Shown: one piece after another, positions 50,834-60,725 of the stretch
Layout of the letters: every line of letters begins with the position of its first letter
Position numbering within the stretch: position 1 is the first letter of the stretch
Assembly: GCA_963768715.1 (NCBI GenBank)
Contig: CAVYJC010000007.1
Coordinates: 79,466 to 143,465 of the forward strand
Direction of reading: 5' to 3'
DNA from: an uncultured Bacteroidota bacterium
Lineage (GTDB): Bacteria; Bacteroidota; Rhodothermia; Rhodothermales; DATKEJ01
Length of the DNA stretch: 64,000 bases
Translations under genes and position numbers: made by a program
The notes under the pieces: generated by a model
Database searches by the model: none
Seen by the model: the letters and a program-made list of their open reading frames with translations, nothing else
Told to the model about the DNA's origin: nothing

Positions 50834-53077
50834 CTATCCATCTTGAAGAAGCTTTGCTGCTCGCTGAATCGAGTCCTTCGCGCGGTCGAGCGTTGCAGCC
50901 GCCACCACGACCTGGGCCTCCGCCTCAGACCACTGTCGTTGCTCAACGGCTTCCCTGACGCCAGGGATCGTCTTTACTCCGTATCCGGTGTAAAATCCGG
51001 GCGCATAAATCATGTGATGGAACCACGGCCGCCGCGGAAGTCCCTCCTCAATAAGCAAGTCCTGTTCGAGGTGCAGCAGAATGGCGTTCACGTCTTTGAT
51101 CGACCCGTCGTCCGATCGCTCGGCCCATTGCTGATACGTCTTATCGTATTCGACTGCCGCATCGTTCAGCCGGCGCAACGCATTTTCGAGGGGAGCGAAG
51201 TTGATGTGCGGCACGGGATCCTCCACTTTGGGCGGCACGCTCACTTTCGTCGGATCTGAAGTCAGCGTGTACACCCCATCCCGAATGAGGTCGTTCGTTC
51301 TGTCGGTCTCGGTTCTCATCTCCTCCGCTTCGTCTCTGATCTCCGTCAGATACGTGTCGACCTTGCCTGCCAGGGGTGAAAACGCCATGGGCAACAGGTC
51401 GGCCTGCGCGAGCCGCAACGTTGCCTTGCCTGCCAGATCGGCAAGAGTAGCTGTGTATTTGAATCCCGGATCGCCGTTCCGCTCGTAATGGGTGTAGGTA
51501 TCGTAGGCGGAATGATATGCACCCCATTCCGCCTCACCGGAAAAACCGAAATCCAGCGACGCTATGCCTGAATGCTGCAGGAAAGGCGAGTAATCGGATC
51601 CCGCTCCCAACGCGCCTATCGAGAAGCCTTCGGAAGGATCAAAATCCGTCGAGTTCATCCGCCTGAGGGCGAGCAATCGCTCGGCAACCGAGGCGTCGGT
51701 TTCCGGGTCGTCGACATCGCCCGCCAGTTCGGCGACGAACGCCTCGAGGGTGTGAGATCCTCCCGCGTTCAGATAGCCCCGGCTATTGCTGTCGGTGTTG
51801 ATGTACACCGCCACATGCTGCTTTAGCTCGGCTTCGTGCTGTTCGACCCACTCAGTAGAACCGATGAGTCCGGGTTCTTCTCCGTCCCATGCTGCATAGA
51901 CGATGCTGCGCTTCGGCCTCCAGCCGTCCTTGTAGAGGGACCCGACGACCCTCGCCTCTTCGAGAAGTGAAATGAGTCCCGAGATTGGATCGCGTGCTCC
52001 GAAAACCCAACCGTCGTGATGGTTTCCGCGCATGATCCATTGATCCGGATTCGTCGCTCCATCCAGCTGGGCAATCACGTCGTAGACAGGTTTTAACGAC
52101 CAGTCGAAGGCGAGTTTTAAGTGAACCACCGCCGGTCCCGGACCGACATGGTATGTGATGGGAAGACTCCCACGCCAATTCACCGGCGCTACCGGTCCCT
52201 CGAGCGCCTGGAGAAGAGGGAGCGCGTCGGCGTACGCAACCGGCAGCACAGGAATCTTCATGACGACGGGCGAAGTATCGACGGTAAGTCGCTCGGCGTC
52301 CTCCGTCGCGGCAACGTTCGGAGTGAGAGGATCACCCATGTACAACGGCATGTCGGCCACCGAGCCGCGTTGCGCGCCGTAATCACTTCGCATCGGACCT
52401 TTCGGATACGGGTCGCCCACGAAATACCCGTCGTCGTGAGGATCGGAGTACAGAATGCAACCCACCGCACCGTGCTCCGCAGCGACCTTCGGCTTGATTC
52501 CCCGCCACGAGCCACCGTAACGGGCGATTACGATCTTGCCCTTCACATCGACCCCCATTCTTTCCAGGTCTTCGTAATCTTTTGGTATTCCTTGATTTAC
52601 GTACACAAGACCGGCCGTCACGTCTCCGTCTGCAGAGTAGGCGTTGTACGTCGGAAGAGCCTCGTCGAGATATCGCGTTGAGGGGTCCTCTTTCAGCGGA
52701 GGCTCTTCGAGTTTCGCCGTGAATTTGGTCGGACTCACAAGGCGGAGCGATCGCTCGATCGGGACCGGAAAGAGCACCTGATAAGTGGCGATTTTCGTGT
52801 CGAAGCCCCACGAATCGAAGAGACTCTTCAGGTATTCGGCATTCTCCTTGTCGTAGGGCGAGCCGACGTGGTGAGGGCGTGCCGCAAGGTGTCGCAGCCA
52901 CTTTGCCGGCCCGTCTGTGGAGATCCGGTTTGAGAATTTTGTTTCGAGTGCCCGCTGATCCGCAACGCTCGCTGAACGAAAACCGATCAGGTGATCATCA
53001 TGCGTAACGGTCTTCGCCGAAGCGGCTGTCAGAAGGAACGCGATAAGCAATGCTCCGGAAGTCCTGTTCATCATCAT
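50834..53077 (-). CDS. M28-family metallopeptidase with PA and transferrin-receptor-like dimerisation domains (glutamate carboxypeptidase II-like), secreted
   Basis: Signal MMMNRTSGALLIAFLLTAASA. Also contains PA-domain-like GKIVIARYGG, RGNHHDGWVFGA, AAWDGEEPGLIGSTEW, GAGSDYSPF and YHSAYDT. Confidence 0.8.
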   Translation of the reverse strand: MMMNRTSGALLIAFLLTAASAKTVTHDDHLIGFRSASVADQRALETKFSNRISTDGPAKWLRHLAARPHHVGSPYDKENAEYLKSLFDSWGFDTKIATYQVLFPVPIERSLRLVSPTKFTAKLEEPPLKEDPSTRYLDEALPTYNAYSADGDVTAGLVYVNQGIPKDYEDLERMGVDVKGKIVIARYGGSWRGIKPKVAAEHGAVGCILYSDPHDDGYFVGDPYPKGPMRSDYGAQRGSVADMPLYMGDPLTPNVAATEDAERLTVDTSPVVMKIPVLPVAYADALPLLQALEGPVAPVNWRGSLPITYHVGPGPAVVHLKLAFDWSLKPVYDVIAQLDGATNPDQWIMRGNHHDGWVFGARDPISGLISLLEEARVVGSLYKDGWRPKRSIVYAAWDGEEPGLIGSTEWVEQHEAELKQHVAVYINTDSNSRGYLNAGGSHTLEAFVAELAGDVDDPETDASVAERLLALRRMNSTDFDPSEGFSIGALGAGSDYSPFLQHSGIASLDFGFSGEAEWGAYHSAYDTYTHYERNGDPGFKYTATLADLAGKATLRLAQADLLPMAFSPLAGKVDTYLTEIRDEAEEMRTETDRTNDLIRDGVYTLTSDPTKVSVPPKVEDPVPHINFAPLENALRRLNDAAVEYDKTYQQWAERSDDGSIKDVNAILLHLEQDLLIEEGLPRRPWFHHMIYAPGFYTGYGVKTIPGVREAVEQRQWSEAEAQVVVAAATLDRAKDSIQRAAKLLQDG

Positions 53078-53200
53078 GTATCGGTGGGTCTGGTTAGCAA
53101 ATGGAAGATATCACCTGTCGCGATCGTGTGCCGCTCGGATAAAGCCGGGAACGCGCTCCAATCGTACGAATAGAACCGGCACCCAAGCCGGAAGCCTCGC

Positions 53201-53560
53201 ATGTCTCGAGATAAAGCCCAAACTCCAACCCGCGTAACCGTCAATAATGCGGAACAGCAGCTCACGATCGACTGGGCGGATGGACACGTGTCGACCTACT
53301 CGCTCGACGGTCTGCGGCGGGCTTGTCCCTGTGCAGGATGTCAGGGTGGACATGAGCAGATGGGCAAGCTCCCCGATCCCGAAGTCTTTCTGGTTCCCCC
53401 GCTGATGCGCTGGGAATCGCTCAAGCTGTTGCCGGTCGGCAATTACGCGATTCGGTTCGTTTGGGATGATGGTCACGACGCCGGCATCTACAGTTGGGAA
53501 CGTCTGCGCAGGATGTGCCCATGTCCTTCTTGCCTCGAGTACTGGCGAATTCACGGTTAG
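53201..53560 (+). CDS. DUF971 protein (gamma-butyrobetaine hydroxylase N-terminal-like, zinc-binding)
   Basis: Contains L.IDWADGHVSTYSLDGLRRACPCAGC...NYAIRFVWDDGHDAGIYSWERLR..CPC..C. Confidence 0.7.
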   Translation: MSRDKAQTPTRVTVNNAEQQLTIDWADGHVSTYSLDGLRRACPCAGCQGGHEQMGKLPDPEVFLVPPLMRWESLKLLPVGNYAIRFVWDDGHDAGIYSWERLRRMCPCPSCLEYWRIHG

Positions 53561-53627
53561 TGAGAAGAAGGGAATCGAGGGCAGCAAATCCACGTTGGCG
53601 GGTCCTATTTGAGAAGCGGGCTTGAAA

Positions 53628-56600
53628 TCAGTCGATGGGTACGTACCGGCCGAGGTGCGTGAGCCAGAGCCCTTTCGCAGCAACCGGTTCGCCCGTAATT
53701 CTCGACCAGTGGTCTGCGTACGCGGCCACCTGTTCGCGGTAGCGATCTTTCACGCGCTCCACCTCGTTTTCGTTTTCTGCAGCGTCGGTCTTGAAGTCGA
53801 TGATTTTCCACCCTGCGGCCGTCCGGAAAAGAAGATCGATCCGACCGCGAACGATCGAAACCGGTTCGAGCGCACTGACGGCGGCGAAAGGCGCCTCAGT
53901 AAAGACTTCGCCCGATGACCGGAGCTCTCGAAACACCGCAGAGGAAGTAAATCCGACGACTGCCTCCTTCAGTGGCGCCCGGAACTCCTGGGGGATACTC
54001 ACTGCTGCGTATTGATCGAACATCGACATGTCACCGCCGAAAACATCGCGAATCACCAAATCCAGCGCTTCGTGAACAAACGTTCCGTAGTCCGCTCCGC
54101 GGCGTTCACCGCTCAACGGAATGAACTCTTCCTCTTCGGCGGTTGAAACCGTCTCGAGACCCCAACTCGATCGACGGATCGACTCGAATCGGAGTCGCCT
54201 CGTCTCACCGTCGGGCACTAGATGCGTGGCATCAGGCTCAGGCTGCGGCGCCGGAGGATCCTCGAACTCGGGAAGCTCCTCGACACGGCGCAGGTAGTCA
54301 TCGAGTTCCGACCATGAGCCGTGTCCTTTCTCTGAGACGGATACGACAAGCAGGTTTCGTGCGCGCGTGGCGGCGACGTACCGGAGACGCGTCTCCTCCG
54401 CATCCAGGAATCGCCGTTCTTCCGCCTCGTCGTCATCCCATCCTACCGGCTCAGCGATCGTCTTGGCCGAACGGCTGCCCTCGCGCCATTCGGAAACGGT
54501 CATGGAGAGGTATCGCGTCTCACCAAAACGATGGACGTGGAAGTCGGGTGCGATATTTCCGTAAGTCGAGTCGTAGGGATCGGCCAGAAAGACGACGTCT
54601 GCCTGTAGCCCTTTCGCCTGATGGAGATTCATCACGCGTACAGCGTCCGGCTCACCTGCCTCGAGGGTCATGCCGGCAATCTGGTAATCATCCTCATCCG
54701 TCAGCGCCCGCATCTCGCCCACGATCTCCACCCAGTGCATGCCTTGTCGCTCCCAGCGCCGGACGTTCGCCAGCAGCCGGACGAGGGCTCCGGCACGAGA
54801 CGAGCCTGCATCGTTCGCGGCAGCCGCAAACCACGGAATCACACCGAGTTCGTCAGCAAGCGTCTCCATCGCTGATGACGAAGTTCTCGTCTTGAATAGT
54901 TCCGCAGCACGGGCCAGTCGGTCAAAAGCACCGCCGACCTTTGCTCTCACATCTGGAGCCAGCCCGCTGGGAGGCCCGAGCGAAAAGTTGAAGCGGGCGC
55001 CCGCGTTGCGAAGTGCAAGCAGTTCGGGGTCAGAGCACCCGACTAACGGTCCACGCAAGTATCCGACGAGCGCCACGGGGTTCTCCGGATCCGCCGCAGC
55101 CTCCAGCATCTGAGTCAGGGCTGCGACCTCCTCCGACTGGCCCAAGTTGTTGCCACCCACCAGATCGTAAGGAATTCCTCTCGCTTCGAGCGCCCTGGCG
55201 TAGTCGTTTAAGTGCTTCTTGTTTCTCGTCAGGACCATAAAGCGGCCGTACGACACCCCGTCGTCGAGAAGTGCATCGTCGGATCCCGTAAACGCCGTCT
55301 TCCCGGAAACGATCGCCGCGATGCAGTTTGCGATGCGACGCGCGTCCTGCTCGACAACCAGCTCCCGACGCCCGAGATCCTTGGGGAATGAAATGCTGCG
55401 AACGCACAGTTCATCCGCCCCGTCTGGACGATACTGGAGGAGTCGCTCATACTCCGCCTGATATCGAGTCGGCTGCTCGCTGAAGATCGGATCGAACGTC
55501 TGATTTAACCAGTGACAGAGTTTGCCCAGTGAACGAAAACTGGTATTGAGTCGAACGATCGTTCCACCGGTCGCCTCGATACGATTCCGCACGAATCGAA
55601 ACGTGTCGACGTCTGCCCGTCGAAAGCGATAGATGGATTGCTTTTCGTCCCCTACGACGAAAAGACTTCCCGACCTGGGAGTGGCCAGTTGCCAGTCTGT
55701 CTCCTCCAGATCGTCGGCGGTGAGAAACATCAGCACTTCCGCCTGAATCGGATCCGTGTCCTGGAACTCGTCTACCAGAATCACTCGGTACTTGCTTTGG
55801 AAATAACCCCTGACCTCAGGAAAGTCACGCAGGATGTCGCGCGCCTTGATCAGCAGATCCTCGAACGTGACCGCGCCGGACAGACGTCTGCTTTCGGCGT
55901 AGTGCGTCATGGCATCATCCACAATGCCCGCCAGGAGTGTGAACAGGTATTGCTTCCAGCGTTTCAGGGAGGGTATGATGACGCTTTGCCGGAGCCCCGG
56001 TACCAACTCGCTCTTCAGGCGCCGGGCGAGCGTCGCATCCCTCCAGCCGTTCAGCGTGATGCCTCCTTTGTCGAGCGTGGTACTGTCAAAGAAACTCAGG
56101 TAGGCCGCCTGTTCGTCGACAGAATCCAGGCTGCGGTTCTCACGATACCGCTCAGCAAGCTGCGCGCACGATGTGAACTTGTCCCATTTCTCTCTCCCCT
56201 TGTCGTTGAGGAACGGAAGCACGGAGGTCACCAACTCCACAACCTGCCTGACGGCTTCCGCCAGATCGGGCTCCGGCACATCCGTCGGCTTGAGCTGCAG
56301 TTCGGGGAAACTGCATCTCCGTGAGTAGAATCCGTAGATCTTTTCCGTATTCAGCCGAATCTCCAGCAGGCGCTTCAGCCGAGCATCCCCCGCTCGGTGC
56401 CTGTCGTTCAAAAACGAGTTCCAAGCCTGCCGGCGTGCACGCGGCTCGTCTCGCTCATCGAGTTCCTTGAAATCGAAGGGCAGGCCTGCTTCGAGTGGAC
56501 GCTCCCTGAGGAGGCGGCTGCAGAAAGCGTGAATGGTGCCGATGAAGCACTGATCGATACGATCTGCGGCATTGCGAAGCAGCGTGGCACGCGGTCCCTC

Positions 56601-56891
56601 CGCCTGCACGGACTCTTCCTGCAGGCGCTCGTAGAAGCGACTTCGGAGCTCACCCGCCGCTTTTCGCGTGAAGGTAATCGCGACGATATTCCGGATGTCG
56701 AGGTCACTGCGCCCCAGCAGTCCGACCATTCGCTCGACCAACTCATGCGTCTTGCCGGCGCCCGCACCCGCGAGAACCATCATGTTTGCGTCGAGACGCT
56801 CTCGGATAATCAGTCGTTGGTCCTGATCCTCCGGGACCCTTGTATCCTGGAATAGAGGCAGCTGCATCTGTCCGTTCTGATCCGACATCAA
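53628..56891 (-). CDS. addA: UvrD/Rep-type helicase with C-terminal PD-(D/E)XK nuclease (AddA/RecB-like)
   Basis: Walker A is LAGAGAGKTHELV. Also contains VDEFQDTDP, SFRS and LHQAKGLQADVVFL. The C-terminal nuclease motif is GRIDLLF...WKIIDFKTD. Confidence 0.75.
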   Translation of the reverse strand: MMSDQNGQMQLPLFQDTRVPEDQDQRLIIRERLDANMMVLAGAGAGKTHELVERMVGLLGRSDLDIRNIVAITFTRKAAGELRSRFYERLQEESVQAEGPRATLLRNAADRIDQCFIGTIHAFCSRLLRERPLEAGLPFDFKELDERDEPRARRQAWNSFLNDRHRAGDARLKRLLEIRLNTEKIYGFYSRRCSFPELQLKPTDVPEPDLAEAVRQVVELVTSVLPFLNDKGREKWDKFTSCAQLAERYRENRSLDSVDEQAAYLSFFDSTTLDKGGITLNGWRDATLARRLKSELVPGLRQSVIIPSLKRWKQYLFTLLAGIVDDAMTHYAESRRLSGAVTFEDLLIKARDILRDFPEVRGYFQSKYRVILVDEFQDTDPIQAEVLMFLTADDLEETDWQLATPRSGSLFVVGDEKQSIYRFRRADVDTFRFVRNRIEATGGTIVRLNTSFRSLGKLCHWLNQTFDPIFSEQPTRYQAEYERLLQYRPDGADELCVRSISFPKDLGRRELVVEQDARRIANCIAAIVSGKTAFTGSDDALLDDGVSYGRFMVLTRNKKHLNDYARALEARGIPYDLVGGNNLGQSEEVAALTQMLEAAADPENPVALVGYLRGPLVGCSDPELLALRNAGARFNFSLGPPSGLAPDVRAKVGGAFDRLARAAELFKTRTSSSAMETLADELGVIPWFAAAANDAGSSRAGALVRLLANVRRWERQGMHWVEIVGEMRALTDEDDYQIAGMTLEAGEPDAVRVMNLHQAKGLQADVVFLADPYDSTYGNIAPDFHVHRFGETRYLSMTVSEWREGSRSAKTIAEPVGWDDDEAEERRFLDAEETRLRYVAATRARNLLVVSVSEKGHGSWSELDDYLRRVEELPEFEDPPAPQPEPDATHLVPDGETRRLRFESIRRSSWGLETVSTAEEEEFIPLSGERRGADYGTFVHEALDLVIRDVFGGDMSMFDQYAAVSIPQEFRAPLKEAVVGFTSSAVFRELRSSGEVFTEAPFAAVSALEPVSIVRGRIDLLFRTAAGWKIIDFKTDAAENENEVERVKDRYREQVAAYADHWSRITGEPVAAKGLWLTHLGRYVPID

Positions 56892-59800
56892 CCCTCCTCC
56901 ATCCAGTGTGCCAGTGCATCCATGAAATCAAGCTCGGCGTTGGGCACCCACATCTCAGAAAGATCCCGTTTTGTTTTCGACTCGGTTCCGCATACGGCCT
57001 TGAAATCACAGAACTTGCACTCGCCTCCCTTCTTGGTCACGTGGAGAAACGCACCTTTGCGGACAAGGCTGAATAGCGGCGCCAGAACATGGTTCATCTC
57101 AGCGCGATCCGGGGGTCTCTCAGCAATTCGCCTGCCGTTTTCGCGGTCACTGGCGAAATAGTAGCCGGAGCGCGTCACGCGCCCCGACAAACCCAGAGAG
57201 GACGCGAGCTCTTCCAGCGCGTAGGCGTAGAGCACCCACTGAAGATTCAGCCCGCCCCGGAGCAGCGATCCCTGATCAAAATCGTAACTGCTTCCGGTCT
57301 TGTAATCCCAGATGACCAGCGAGTCGTCGGGAAGTACGTCGACGCGGTCGACGCGCCCGCGGAGAAGGAAGTCGAGATCCTCACTCAATCGAATCCTCAC
57401 CGGCTCGACAAGTCGCTCACTTCCGGCATACTCCGACCCGAATACGAACTCGAAAAGAATCGGCCGGGTATCCGGATCGAGTGCCTCCGTTCTGAGAAAT
57501 GCCAGCGCCGACTCTTCGAGCCTCTTGCGCTCATACTCGTAGGCCGCCTGGTTATCGGGAGGAAATTGCTTGACGTACTGATCAACGAGTACGCCGAGCT
57601 GATCGAGGATCGGGCCACGGTGTCGTTCAAGATCGGGACGTTCGCCGCGCTCACTCAGATCCTTCAAGAAGTCGTGATAGAGATCGTGCAGGAGCGTTCC
57701 GAAATCACGCGGATCGAGCCAGCGCGTCGGGTTGGGCTGGTAATAGTCAGGCTTACGGATCCCCAGTTCATAATGCAGGAAATAGCGATAGGGACACGCC
57801 GCGAGTTTCTCCATCCGGTTGGGAGAGAACACGGTACCCCCGTTCAGACGCTCGATGGATACTCGGGACAAATCGAGCCGGCCGTCGAAATGTGAGAATA
57901 CCGGACTTCGTCTCGAATCGGCCGCAATACTTCCCTCCAGGAGCCAAGGGAAACGGGACGCAACGAAGTCCCGATAATCGCTTCTCCTGCGCTGTGGGAG
58001 CAGCACGCCCGTGTCTTCGATGTGAAAGGGGTGGGACGACAGCGCCGGAGGGCTCAGATAATCGGCGCCAAGGTTCTTTGCGACAGATTGAAAGAAGGGA
58101 GAGGGGTAAACAACCGTCTCTTCTCGTTCGGCATTGAACACACTGGTCCCAAAATAGACGTTTCCCGGCGCCATCCCGAGAGCTCGGACCAGGTGCCAGA
58201 TACGATCGGTCGCCTGCGACGACTTGAGGTCGAGGTTGGCGGAAAGCTTCGTGCGCTCCACATCGAGCAGGATGGGGTCTTCGGCCGCTCGTCCAGGAAA
58301 GTTGTCCACGTCCAGCCCGACGACAAACAGGTGCCTGCGGCCGCTGTAGGCCGCTCGCTCAATTGAAACAGCATGAAGTGAACCGGGACGCGCGGTGGAT
58401 GCCTGAACCGAGTGCCGCTCCACCATGTCGGCGGCAATCTGCAGCGCGAGACGCCTCGGCAATCGCGTGCCTCCTTCCCTGCCGTACTGGACGAAACGAT
58501 CGTTGAGCGACTCTACTGCACGCTCGTCACGTTCGCCGTGAACGACGGCGAATCTGGTCAGATAGTCGGCGCACAAGCCGGCCGTCTCCTCCGAACTGAG
58601 TGTGGATGCCGTCGGCACGATGTCGACCAACAACTGGATGCATCGCTGCAGCAAACGGGATCGTTTCTGGAATGGCGTCTCACCCGACTCCACGCCAGAC
58701 TGCTGTGACCGGGAACCCGCCAGCCGTTCCACGGCGGGAACGTAGCGCTCGATTCCTTCGTCGAGCACGGCGTGACGAAAATGAGCGGCGAGCGCCGGCA
58801 TGTCAGCAATCCGAACACCCTCCACCTCCCGATGAAAGCTCAGGATGCCCGCGTCCATCAGGGCGGCCAATTGCGGGGCCGGACAGCTCGCACCGATCCA
58901 TTCGAGGAAACCTTTCAGTCCAGCCCCGGGGCGCGTTAGTGTGGCGGCTACACCCTCGGCGAAACTGACGTCAAACTGAAATCGATCGGCAAGGTTGACT
59001 AGAGCTGGGACGTATATCGGTCCGCTCGAGTAGGCAATTTCGACGTCGTCGAGCGGAAGATCGCATTCAAGGCAGAATCGTATTACGTCTCCCACTTCCG
59101 CTTCCGGTCCCCTGGCGCCGAACACGCGTACAAGATCCTTCTCTTGTTGCTCGATGCCGCGGTTCTTCACAAAAGCGGCGGCGCCGATTCGCCCACCCGC
59201 GGGCGGCGCCGAATCGAGGAAAGATGCGCCCACGGTCGCCGGTATTGGGACGCCATAGTCGGCCCTGCCAATTCGGATCAGCCTTTCGCCAAAAGTTTCC
59301 CCCAAGTATCGAAGGCTGCGGCGCGTCATCGGCATCTCGTCCAACACCGCGGCTACGCCATCGACCTGGTGCGACGTGGAGGCTCGGATGGCATAGTCGA
59401 GGACATACGCAGAGTCGTACAGTCCTCGTTCACTCATCACTGAATCGAGTCTGCCGAGGAGGTAGGCCAACGCTTTTGTCTTCTCCGTCCGAACGGGACC
59501 GGTCTTCAGGTCCTTCATCGTGATGCCCGCCATTCGAAGGGCTTGGAGCGTCTCCCAAACGGATCGTGCCAGCGAAGGCGTAACTCCAACCGGCTCGAAG
59601 TAACTGCTGGCATCACGTTCCTTCAGCTCTCGCAGCAGATCGGCTGTCACGGCGACCGCAACGTCGTTGTGCAACGGCCGGAGGCCTTCGGCCCGAAGCC
59701 TTGGTTCGAATCGCCGCTCGGCATGCTCCCGAGCCGACAGCGCCTCAAAATTGACCCAGTCGACGCCTTCCCTGGTGAGCGCCGTCAGGAGGTTGTATCC

Positions 59801-59908
59801 AACCTGACCGCTAGCCACGAACAGGTATTTCGGCGCCGTCGGGTGTTCCCCGCAGAGCGTCGCAAGTTGCGAAAGGTGATAGGGCAGCGGATTCGTCGGG
59901 TCAATCAT
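56888..59908 (-). CDS. addB: AddB-like helicase-nuclease subunit (degenerate N-terminal ATPase, C-terminal PD-(D/E)XK nuclease with 4-Cys Fe-S cluster)
   Basis: The nuclease motif is GRVDRVDVL...LVIWDYKTGS. Cysteines lie in ACPYRYF and CKFCDFKAVC. There is a 4-nt ATGA overlap with the downstream addA-like gene. Confidence 0.7.
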   Translation of the reverse strand: MIDPTNPLPYHLSQLATLCGEHPTAPKYLFVASGQVGYNLLTALTREGVDWVNFEALSAREHAERRFEPRLRAEGLRPLHNDVAVAVTADLLRELKERDASSYFEPVGVTPSLARSVWETLQALRMAGITMKDLKTGPVRTEKTKALAYLLGRLDSVMSERGLYDSAYVLDYAIRASTSHQVDGVAAVLDEMPMTRRSLRYLGETFGERLIRIGRADYGVPIPATVGASFLDSAPPAGGRIGAAAFVKNRGIEQQEKDLVRVFGARGPEAEVGDVIRFCLECDLPLDDVEIAYSSGPIYVPALVNLADRFQFDVSFAEGVAATLTRPGAGLKGFLEWIGASCPAPQLAALMDAGILSFHREVEGVRIADMPALAAHFRHAVLDEGIERYVPAVERLAGSRSQQSGVESGETPFQKRSRLLQRCIQLLVDIVPTASTLSSEETAGLCADYLTRFAVVHGERDERAVESLNDRFVQYGREGGTRLPRRLALQIAADMVERHSVQASTARPGSLHAVSIERAAYSGRRHLFVVGLDVDNFPGRAAEDPILLDVERTKLSANLDLKSSQATDRIWHLVRALGMAPGNVYFGTSVFNAEREETVVYPSPFFQSVAKNLGADYLSPPALSSHPFHIEDTGVLLPQRRRSDYRDFVASRFPWLLEGSIAADSRRSPVFSHFDGRLDLSRVSIERLNGGTVFSPNRMEKLAACPYRYFLHYELGIRKPDYYQPNPTRWLDPRDFGTLLHDLYHDFLKDLSERGERPDLERHRGPILDQLGVLVDQYVKQFPPDNQAAYEYERKRLEESALAFLRTEALDPDTRPILFEFVFGSEYAGSERLVEPVRIRLSEDLDFLLRGRVDRVDVLPDDSLVIWDYKTGSSYDFDQGSLLRGGLNLQWVLYAYALEELASSLGLSGRVTRSGYYFASDRENGRRIAERPPDRAEMNHVLAPLFSLVRKGAFLHVTKKGGECKFCDFKAVCGTESKTKRDLSEMWVPNAELDFMDALAHWMEEG

Positions 59909-59998
59909 CCGGAAGAATCCTCATCTGGCCCCTCGCCTCGTGCGGGGACGGATGCATGTTTCGACGAAATGACCTTCCCCTCCCACGCCGTGAACAAA

Positions 59999-60571
59999 TC
60001 AAGCATTGGCGCCATCATATGTCTCCATCCTTCGTACGAGGGCCTCCTTCACTTCCGGCCATTCATCCGCCAAAATGCTGTAGTACACGGTATCGCGCAC
60101 ACGTCCATCGTGGGCGATCATGTGGCTTCGCAATATGCCTTCTTCTTTCGCTCCGAGACGCAAGATGGCCCGTCGAGATGTTTCATTCATGGCATCCGTC
60201 TTCAGTTCGAGTCGACGACAACGGAGTTCCTCAAAAGCACGTGTCATCAGAAGTAGCTTGCACTCGGAGTTGACTCTTGTCCGCTGCCACGGGGTTCCGA
60301 TCCACGTCCATCCAATTTCCAAACGCCGGTGCTCCCGGCTGATGGCGCCGTAGCGAGTCGATCCGATCGCTCGACCCGAATCCTTAAGCACGATCGCGAA
60401 GGGAATGGAATCCCCGCGGTCCCGTTCGGCGATTGCCTCCTCTACGTACCGCCTCATGTCGTCGCCTGTCACCATCCGGCGCGTGTTCCATCTCCAGGTC
60501 GACGGCTCCAGCCCCACCTCGACGAGATCCGGCACGTGTTCCGGCGTCAGCGGCTCGAGACGTACGAGCAA
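59999..60571 (-). CDS. GNAT-family N-acetyltransferase (RimJ/RimL-like)
   Basis: Contains LEIGWTWIGTPWQRTRVNSECKLLLMTRAFEEL...RLELKTDAMNETSRRAILRLGAKEEG. Confidence 0.85.
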   Translation of the reverse strand: MLVRLEPLTPEHVPDLVEVGLEPSTWRWNTRRMVTGDDMRRYVEEAIAERDRGDSIPFAIVLKDSGRAIGSTRYGAISREHRRLEIGWTWIGTPWQRTRVNSECKLLLMTRAFEELRCRRLELKTDAMNETSRRAILRLGAKEEGILRSHMIAHDGRVRDTVYYSILADEWPEVKEALVRRMETYDGANA

Positions 60572-60620
60572 GCCTTCAAGGGTTGGAGGGAGGGGATGAC
60601 ATTGGCACTAAGTCTCTGAT

Positions 60621-60711
60621 AATTAATAATTAAGGATTAAGGATTAAGAATTAAGAATTAAGAATTAAGAATTAAGAATGAGTAGTCATTAGTGATTAAT
60701 GGGGATTGCTG
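60621..60711. repeat. AT-rich heptamer array (AATTAAT AATTAAG GATTAAG x2 AATTAAG x4, then degenerate units)
   Basis: Eight well-phased units run from 60621 to 60676. The register continues through AATGAGT AGTCATT AGTGATT AATGGGG ATTGCTG. Confidence 0.9.
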
Positions 60712-60725
60712 GTGTAGCGCAGCGG

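Noticed and set aside
5801-60711. Possibility that the short tandem repeats are CRISPR arrays
   Set aside because: The units are 7 nt and directly abutting, with no spacers. No cas genes are present. GTTGAAAC-like strings at 9290-9340 are single hairpins, not arrays.
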